This document shows, piece after piece, positions 20,756 through 28,049 of a stretch of 58,496 bases of DNA. The stretch's first letter is position 1, and each line of letters begins with the position of its first letter. The translations under genes were made by a program, and so were the position numbers. The stretch spans positions 1 to 58,496 of the forward strand of contig JAADVB010000106.1 of NCBI GenBank assembly GCA_023334545.1, read 5' to 3'. The notes below the pieces were generated by a model that saw only the letters and a list, made by a program, of their open reading frames with translations, was not told the DNA's origin and ran no database searches. The stretch is from Salisapilia sapeloensis CBS 127946 (lineage: Eukaryota; Protista; Oomycota).

Positions 20756-21729
20756 ATGAGCTCGACGGACGGAGGCGACAAGAGGAAGCGTCAGTACCGT
20801 GGCAACCAGGGCGGAAACGTACACAACTTGTTTATTTATGCAATACCTACCTACCTGAAGTACTAATTTATTGTCTTATTACTATAGAAACGGCAAAAAA
20901 GCAGCCATGCACAGGCTGCCAATGCTCGTGGTAGCTCTGGCATCCTCATCACGTGCGACAAGTACAAGGAGAAGCAGTGTACAAAGGAAGCTTTGAACGT
21001 CTTTAACGATGCCGCAGATGAGTTCTATCCTGTGGAAGAAGTAAAGCCTGAGAAGACGGAAGAAAAGGAGACGACGCTCGAACAAGACCTTGAAACGGAG
21101 CTGAAGGCGTTAAGGGAAGACGCGAAAAAGCGCCGTACTGGGCGCTTCACTCCTTTGGAAACAACCATCCCGAGTGTCATCTTGCTCCAATGCAACGACA
21201 GCTCCATTCCGGTCGTACAGCTAGTGGAGAAGCTATTGACGAAGGCCGAGAAGGATGGAGAGATTGCATCTCGCTTCATCCTCCGAACGATTCCATTGGA
21301 AAGCATCGAGTATGCTAGTCTAGAGGCTATCTGCACTGCCGCCACACCTCTCCTCAAGCGAGAGTTTGGAGATGAAGACAAGGACACGAAGAAGGAGAGC
21401 ATCAAGGTACATTCCCACTCCAACTAATACAAGGCAAGTGCTAACTCTCTGGTCTAGTATGCCATTGACATCAAACGTCGGAGCTGCAACAATGTCAAGT
21501 CCAAGGAGGTCATTGACGCCGTCGCAGCCCTCGTGCCAGAACACCACAAGGTTGATCTGGACAATCCGACCATTACCATCCTCATCGAAATCTTCCGCGT
21601 ACGTCCACCTACCTTTTTCTAGTCAACTCGACACTAACACCTTTCTAGACTAGCTTTGGCGTGAGTGTCGTGCATGAGTACCAACGTTTCAAGCGATATA
21701 ACATTCGTTCTCTTCTAAACGAATCGTAA
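20756..21729 (+). CDS. THUMPD1: THUMP-domain protein Tan1/THUMPD1 (4 exons; introns 20819-20887, 21407-21457, 21599-21648)
   Basis: The spliced product contains GILITCDKYKEKQC…, SRFILRTIP and YAIDIKRR…KVDLDNPTITILIEIFRTSFGVSVV…KRYNI. Confidence 0.88.
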
Positions 21730-21755
21730 TTTCAAAAAAAGTCAAGCTACCCATC

Positions 21756-24011
21756 CTACTCCTCCTTGCTCTCCTCTCTTTCTTTTCTCTCTTCATCTCC
21801 TTCCCCTGCGTCCTCTTCTTCCTCTGCCTCTTCCTGTGCGTCAGTCTCTGGCAAGGGCGGCTCATCCTCGACCATCTCCTCCTTGTTCCCTCCGCCCTGT
21901 ACCTTATCAATCACATCCTTGGTGCCTTGCTTAAGCAGCTTCCGAAGCACTCCAATCACCTGCTTTCCTTCCAGCTCCTCTGCTTCCTCAAACACTTCCT
22001 GGATCTGGAAGAAGAGATCGTTTACGCTCTCCTTGAAGAGACTCACGACCTGCTCTGCGCCGTCACCCACTCCTCCTTGACTCCTCAGCACCTCATTCTC
22101 CTGCTCCAACTCCCGCACCTTGGTCTCGACCTCACTCTTCTGTCGCTCCAGTTCCTCCATCTCGCTCTGGATTTGCTCCTGCTGCTTCCGATCTTCTTCC
22201 ACACTCTCCAGCTCTCTTTCCCGAAGACTCGAGAGCGACTCGAACTGTTGCTGAAGGACCGTCAGCTGCTGCTCCGCCTCTTGCTTCAGCCGACTCTCTT
22301 CCTCCAGAGCCTCTTCCGCCCTCTGTCTCGCCTGCTTCTCGTACTCGACGTCTTTCCGAGCCTGGTCACTTGCACTCTCGGTCGCTTGTTTGGCATAGTA
22401 CGCGTTCAAGAGGTTCTGATACTCTTGCTGGACACGCGTGAGCTGTTCCGTCGCATGATCCTTCTCCTGTCGCAACTGCTCCACATGCCCTCCCGTCCGC
22501 ATCTCTCGATCCAAGTACTCTCTCATGCGTTCTTCCTTGTCTCGTTTCTCTCGACGTAAAGACTCCATCTGACTCGAATAGTCGTCACACTTGCGTTCGA
22601 GGTCCAAGTACTGCGAGTTTTGCGTCTGCACTTGATGCAGCAGACGCTCATTCTCATTCGCGAGACGTTCCACCCCACGCACAATCACCGACACATCCGT
22701 CGGACCGCCGTATGATGTGGTAGTGGAGCTATTCGTCACGTGACGCATGAGGTAGTCCAGCTTCCCATTCACTTCTTGCAGCTGATGGTTCACATCCGAA
22801 GGATGCGACCCTGGTGTCGTCCATAAGCTCTGACTCGTCTGCTGAGACGGATACAAAGGCTGTGGGGAGTAGTTTTGCTGATACGACTGCTGTGGAGGAG
22901 CTTGCTGCTGCGGCTGCGGAGGCTCGGGAGTCGAATTGGAAGACACCTGCAGCTGCTTTTCACGACGCAAGAGCTCCAGCTCTCTCCTGTCCAACTCATC
23001 CTGTCGACTGCTCTTCTCCTCTTTCGGGACTGGAACGATCTCTTCACTTGGTTCAGGAATGTCCGCCATGCTCATATTCGACATACTCTTCTTCTTACTC
23101 TTGCGCTTCGGGGGAGGAGCAGCCTTCTCTTCACTCCCTCCAGTCTTGGTCTTTACGAGCATAATGTCGAACAAGTACCAGTCCTTGTGATTCGTCTTGT
23201 TTGGAGGAGCTAGTACCATGCGTCGACTGCCCTTGCGCATCCCGACAACGCACTCTTCCAACGCTTTGAAACGCTCTTGGTTGTCGCCAAGTCGGATCTT
23301 ACGAACGTCTCCTCCATTCGTCTGTTCAAACGGACTGTACTTGGTGATAAACTCCACCGGGCGGCTGGATGCACTCCCGACCACGCGCCATACACTGAAT
23401 TGGACACCTGCTGTGTCTCCCTTGTTCACCTTATTACCAGTCACATGGACCAAATCTTCCTTCAAGTACCCTGGTGATGCACTCTTGGGCAACGACTTTT
23501 CCTGCGTAGGTCCCCAGATCTCTAGGTGCAGTTTCACGAGGAAAAGAGACTTGAGAAACTCTGTCCGTTGGTCTTCAGCAGCAAACTTTACCGACCAATT
23601 CGTCCCTTTGTCATCGTAAAAGTTGATAAAGTTCTTCGGTTGTAACGTGACTTTGGGAAAGTCTGGACGAACACGGAGGGTGCACACATGTGCTTTCGTT
23701 GTAGTGTAGAATACGAGCGTGTAGTTGACTTCGCTTCCGGCGAGAACACATCCAATGTACTTGTTCCCAGAGCCTTGGTCTCCCATTTGAACGTAGCTAC
23801 GAGATTGGGAGTCATACTGATGGAGGGCAACGGTCGTGCTGTAAAGGATAGACGCCGTCGGAGCTGCAGCAGGCGCCGGAGATGGCGCAGGCGGTCCCGA
23901 TTGCTTTGCTGGCTCTTTTGGCGCAGTATATCGGAGCGCATCATTGCCCTGAGGAGCTGAGAAAGAGCTCGTTTGAAAGATACCGTTCAGGCGGGACTGA
24001 GGATCTCCCAT
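21756..24011 (-). CDS. FKBP15: FKBP15/WAFL-like protein (WH1-like domain, degenerate FKBP domain, coiled coil)
   Basis: QPKNFINFYDDKGTNWSVKF matches the FKBP15 N-domain. The FKBP-like segment is KIRLG…LEECVVGMRKGSRRMVLAPP, followed by a long coiled coil. Confidence 0.8.
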   Translation of the reverse strand: MGDPQSRLNGIFQTSSFSAPQGNDALRYTAPKEPAKQSGPPAPSPAPAAAPTASILYSTTVALHQYDSQSRSYVQMGDQGSGNKYIGCVLAGSEVNYTLVFYTTTKAHVCTLRVRPDFPKVTLQPKNFINFYDDKGTNWSVKFAAEDQRTEFLKSLFLVKLHLEIWGPTQEKSLPKSASPGYLKEDLVHVTGNKVNKGDTAGVQFSVWRVVGSASSRPVEFITKYSPFEQTNGGDVRKIRLGDNQERFKALEECVVGMRKGSRRMVLAPPNKTNHKDWYLFDIMLVKTKTGGSEEKAAPPPKRKSKKKSMSNMSMADIPEPSEEIVPVPKEEKSSRQDELDRRELELLRREKQLQVSSNSTPEPPQPQQQAPPQQSYQQNYSPQPLYPSQQTSQSLWTTPGSHPSDVNHQLQEVNGKLDYLMRHVTNSSTTTSYGGPTDVSVIVRGVERLANENERLLHQVQTQNSQYLDLERKCDDYSSQMESLRREKRDKEERMREYLDREMRTGGHVEQLRQEKDHATEQLTRVQQEYQNLLNAYYAKQATESASDQARKDVEYEKQARQRAEEALEEESRLKQEAEQQLTVLQQQFESLSSLRERELESVEEDRKQQEQIQSEMEELERQKSEVETKVRELEQENEVLRSQGGVGDGAEQVVSLFKESVNDLFFQIQEVFEEAEELEGKQVIGVLRKLLKQGTKDVIDKVQGGGNKEEMVEDEPPLPETDAQEEAEEEEDAGEGDEERKEREESKEE

Positions 24012-24464
24012 ATCTGCTGTCCGACGGTCGCAATGCAGTAGGAATGGAAGTCAAAGAGGAGAATCGATGTACTTCGATTCTGAATTTTCTTTGTGATGAC
24101 GAGGATAAAGTGAATAAGAGCGTGACGAAAGGATAGACACACTTGTTTCGTTCTCTCGTTTAGCTATTGCGTCATTTCCAAAGGTCATCGAAACAAGTAT
24201 CAATCAAGCCGAGTGTGACGGTGGTACTCGCTTGATTTCATGTCACTTCACGTGTATATTCCATATTGTCGCTATACTTCCATCAAGCTCCGTTCCGTGG
24301 GATGCTCCATCGTGTCTATTTTTATGAAATCGTTCTCAGACGATGCACATGCACCGCTTAGAGATCGCGTGAAAGTCGGACGCACTTCATTCGTGGTTTC
24401 AATCCTGCATCCCCTCGCGTCTCTTCTCTCGTCCAAGTAGATTTAATTATCTTCTACAAACACG

Positions 24465-25914
24465 ATGGCACAAGCTAAGCGCCGAGTAACCTACTTTTAC
24501 GACTGTAAGTCATGAAAGAAGCTAGTGTATCATAGACGACCATTCATTTCATAGCTAACGATTGTCTGTCTGTCTATTGTAGCCGAGATTGGCAACTACG
24601 ACTATGGCCAATTCCACAACATGAAGGTACCTCTCTTCTTTTCAATCTACACAAGCTCCACGCATCACATCATGTCTCTATCCTTATAGCCTCATCGTGT
24701 TCGAATGACACACAACCTGATCGTGAACTATGGTCTGACGAAGCACATGCAGATAATCGTATCCCTCTCCCTCCTACCTTCTCCTCCACCTTCTCTAACT
24801 CTATATCTAGCGCCCTCGATTAGTCGAATGGTATGAACTCACGCGTTTTCACTCGGATGACTACATCCATTTCCTACGTCTCGTGACGCCGGACAATATG
24901 CACCAGTACCTTCGTCAGCTCCAGCGTTTCAACGTCGGGTACGACTGTCCGATCTTTGACGGCATCTTTGAACTCTGCCAAATCTACACATCCGCCAGTA
25001 TCGCCGGTGCCGCTAGATTAAACGCTGGCGAGACGGACATTGCGATTAATTGGGGTGGAGGTCTCCACCACGCGAAACGCTCCGAAGCTTCTGGCTTTTG
25101 CTACGTGAACGATTGTGTCATCGGAATCCTCGAACTCTTAAAGACACACGCTCGCGTCTTGTATATTGACATTGACATTCACCACGGAGATGGCGTCGAA
25201 GAAGCGTTCTACACGACCAACAGAGTCATGACCTGTTCCTTTCACCAGTACGGCGACTTCTTCCCAGGCACTGGCGACGTGGAAGATGTCGGGTACGGCA
25301 AAGGAACAAACTACGCCGTCAACGTCCCTTGCAAAGCCGGCATGGACGACGATAGCTTCTTCGGTATTTTCAAACAGGTCATCTCCAAGATCAACGAGAC
25401 CTTTGCGCCCTGTGCCATCGTCCTGCAGTGCGGCACGGACTCTTTGTCCGGAGACAGACTGGGCTGCTTCAACCTGTCCGTTAAAGGCCACGCAGCGTGC
25501 GTCGGCTTCGTCAAGTCGCTCAACGTCCCGACGCTGGTGCTCGGTGGTGGCGGCTACTCGCTCCGGAATGTCCCTCGCGGATGGGTCTACGAGACGGGTG
25601 TCCTGAATGACGTTGAGATCCCGGACGCCATGCCGTACAACGACTACTTTGAGTACTTTGGACCAGAGTACCGTCTCCACATGCCCGTGAGCAACATGGT
25701 GAATCTGAACACACCAGAGTACCTGAACTCCGTTCGAGACCGCGTTTTCCAGCACTTAGATTCGCTAGAGGCCGTCCCGAGCGTTCCGTTCTACGACGTT
25801 CCGAGAGATACAGACCGACAGGAGATACAGGACGTGCAGCGAGAGATGGATGACGAGAACGAGACAAGTGATAAATACCAGGAAAACAGACAACACCCGG
25901 TCGAGTTCTACTAA
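24465..25914 (+). CDS. HDAC1: Class I histone deacetylase, Rpd3/HDAC1 type (4 exons; introns 24505-24582, 24627-24689, 24759-24810)
   Basis: Spliced N-terminus [38 protein letters not shown]; motifs [34 protein letters not shown] and GGGGY. Confidence 0.95.
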
Positions 25915-25976
25915 GGAAAGAATACAATTGGTGCTTATTCTTTCGATGCAAAAGGACAGCGGAACGACATAAAGGA

Positions 25977-26762
25977 TTACGCAGTAATCCCACGCGTCTT
26001 CTCCAGAGGTTCACTCTTCAGCTGCAGGAACAGCTGACGCATGCGGCTCGTGTCCGCAACCTCCTCCTCCTTGTCCTTGGCCTCCGCGTTGCTCTTGCGT
26101 CGCTTGCGCTGCTTGATGTCCAGGTTCACGAGAGTCGTGACACGTTCCCACGGGTTGTCGCCCTCCAATTTCGCTGCCATGTGCTCCAGCGTGGCCTGCT
26201 CTTCCACTCGGTTGGACGCCTTTTTGGCCTCCTTCGCCTGTTCCCTGTCTTCCTTGAACTTGGCGAGCGCAGCAGCAGCTTCCTCTCGGCTCTCTTCGCC
26301 CACCTACGTTTCGTTCGTCAGCACACTGTTGTCTCGGTCTTTTCGTTTCTATGCAGAGTATACTTTCTCCTGCTCTTTTGCTTTTTCAGCAATCTCTTCC
26401 TCATACTTTTTCATGAACTTCCTATTGAGATACAAGATCGGATTAGAATATGAAGGGTGACAAGATAGATCAAGTTTATCCTACGTGAGTTCGTTTTCTT
26501 CCGGAACTTCAGGAATCTCGTTGCTGTTCACATTCTCCACTTCAAAGAAGCTATCGTACGTATCGAGTTAGGATAAGATCGAAAGTTCAAAGACGAGTAT
26601 TCGACACTGGCGAGTATTATCAGCTCTGTACTCGCCACTACACCAGTGTGAACACACAAAAAATTAGGTTACGTACTCTCCGTTCATAGAGGGGTCTTCC
26701 GGGGCCTGGAAGTCGTCTAGTGTAGGCTCCTCTGCGCCAGCGTCGTCTCCGAACGGATCCAT
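25977..26762 (-). CDS. CLC1: Clathrin light chain (introns 26551-26676, 26422-26484, 26304-26363; possible microexon 26632-26637)
   Basis: Acidic MDPF… N-terminus, central helix, and the C-terminal WERVTTLV…DTSRMRQLFLQLK motif characteristic of CLC. Confidence 0.88.
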
Positions 26763-26810
26763 CTTCCCTCCCTGTTGTGTGATTTGGTTTTGCAGACGGC
26801 CACGTTGTCA

Positions 26811-26963
26811 TCCGAAAGCCATGTGGTCGACACTATTTCAGATTCCATTCCGGATACAATCCGAAACCGATGTGGCACTATTACCTACAGCCTTCTTTTT
26901 GTATGAACTTCCCAATTGTCTTGCTTTTTGTATAACTATAAACCCATAAATAGTGTGGCACTA
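26811..26963. promoter_or_regulatory. Repeated motifs in the CLC/RPL29 divergent promoter
   Basis: TCCGAAA-[GC]C[CG]A-TGTGG at 26811 and 26860 (14/16 identical); TGTGGCACTA exact at 26871 and 26954. Confidence 0.45.
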
Positions 26964-27046
26964 GGACGACACTTGTGCTCCATTCAAAGCGGCATCTCGG
27001 ACTTGATCACTTAAAATCCCAAAAAGGAGCTCCAAGGCAGGTCGCG

Positions 27047-27357
27047 ATGGTCAAGCAGAAGAACCACACAGCCCGTAACCAAACGGTCAAGGCCCACAAG
27101 AACGGTATCCGTAAGCCGAAGGACCACCGTTACCGTCCGACGAAGGGAGTAAGTCCTTTGTTCTTGTAAGTCTGAAGCGAGCGCCGAATATTCATCTTGC
27201 GTTTGTGCCATTTTGTGTAGCTTGACCCCAAGTTCCTCCGCAACCAGCGTTGGGCTAAGAAGTACAACAAGAAGCACGCCAACCTGAAGAACAAGGTACT
27301 TTTCGATCCTTTCGAATCCTTGTAGCTCTTTACTAATTAACCTTCCAGTCCAAGTAA
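27047..27357 (+). CDS. RPL29: 60S ribosomal protein L29/eL29 (3 exons; introns 27149-27220 and 27296-27348)
   Basis: [24 protein letters not shown]…TKG|[14 protein letters not shown] is the eL29 signature. The last exon codes only SK*. Confidence 0.95.
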
Positions 27358-27557
27358 ACTTGTTCTGGATGTGTACACCTTTGTTGGTACGATGCAGCAG
27401 GGATGAAATAGGAACGCGCTGTCTGGGATCGTGCTTTCCTTTCTTTGGGATGAAAGTCAGGGATAATAATGCAACCAGGTTGATCCTCCTTGATTTTCTA
27501 ATCAGTCGTCTGTGTCTCCTTTCGTCATCTTGTTGGACCTTGTCAGGTACGTATCCA

Positions 27558-27659
27558 ATCAAGAGGGAGTGGACATGATGATCGATTTAATCAACCTTAT
27601 CTACATTTTCTGAAATTGAATTTGAAGACAAAAAACAATCTGATCCACTGCCTCTTGAT
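27558..27659 (+). ncRNA. C/D-box snoRNA candidate X1, U34/snR62-like
   Basis: Terminal stem ATCAAGAGG-g-AGTGGA/TCCACT-g-CCTCTTGAT; box C ATGATGA at 27575; D' CTGA at 27610; D CTGA at 27640. The 13-nt guide CCTTATCTACATT (27595-27607) is complementary to conserved LSU AAUGUAGAUAAGG. Confidence 0.85.
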
Positions 27660-27680
27660 ATATATTATTTACATGTTTGA

Positions 27681-27780
27681 TGCAATTGGGAATGGACGAG
27701 ATGAATGATACCTTGGCGGACTTTGATGACGATTCTATATTATCTTTACTGCTGTTCACTCTGATCCATTCTCAATTGTA
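27681..27780 (+). ncRNA. C/D-box snoRNA candidate Y1
   Basis: 16-bp terminal stem with two G-U pairs; kink-turn-like CGA-GATGA (27697-27704); D box CTGA at 27761. The 12-nt guide ACTGCTGTTCAC (27748-27759) is complementary to LSU GUGAACAGCAGU. Confidence 0.75.
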
Positions 27781-27791
27781 GCGTAGGTGAT

Positions 27792-27882
27792 CCAAATGGA
27801 AAGGATGCATTAGCATTTTACCTTATCTACATCCTGAAAACAATTTCGTGATGATAAAGTCTATCTGACTGATCCATTTTGG
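27792..27882 (+). ncRNA. C/D-box snoRNA candidate X2, paralog of X1
   Basis: Stem (CC)AAATGGA/TCCATTT(tGG); degenerate box C AGGATGC; guide CCTTATCTACAT (27821-27832); D' CTGA at 27834; perfect C' GTGATGA at 27848; D CTGA at 27869. Confidence 0.75.
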
Positions 27883-27961
27883 CTAGTACTCGATACTATC
27901 AGTTCTACGGTTCCTGGAGTAGTGTTCCTTTTGTCGTTTATATATGCATGTTTGTTATAGA

Positions 27962-28049
27962 TGGGAATGGAAGGGATGAATGATACCTTGGCGGACTATA
28001 ATGACGATTTCATATTATCTTTACTGCTGTTCACTCTGATCCATTCCCG
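27962..28049 (+). ncRNA. C/D-box snoRNA candidate Y2, paralog of Y1
   Basis: Perfect 9-bp stem GGGAATGGA/TCCATTCCC; AGG-GATGA; the same guides as Y1; D CTGA at 28036. 78/84 identical to Y1 (27963-28046 vs 27688-27771). Confidence 0.75.

Noticed and set aside
27387-27505. Possible fifth snoRNA (GGATGAA twice, TTGA, and CAACCAGGT complementary to the 18S 5' end)
   Set aside because: No terminal stem flanking the boxes, non-canonical D boxes and only 9 nt of complementarity. Worth a look only if small-RNA reads appear.
27595-28046. Direct repeats read as a CRISPR array or transposon LTRs
   Set aside because: Eukaryotic context, two copies per unit, no spacer regularity, no TG…CA termini. The snoRNA model explains them better.
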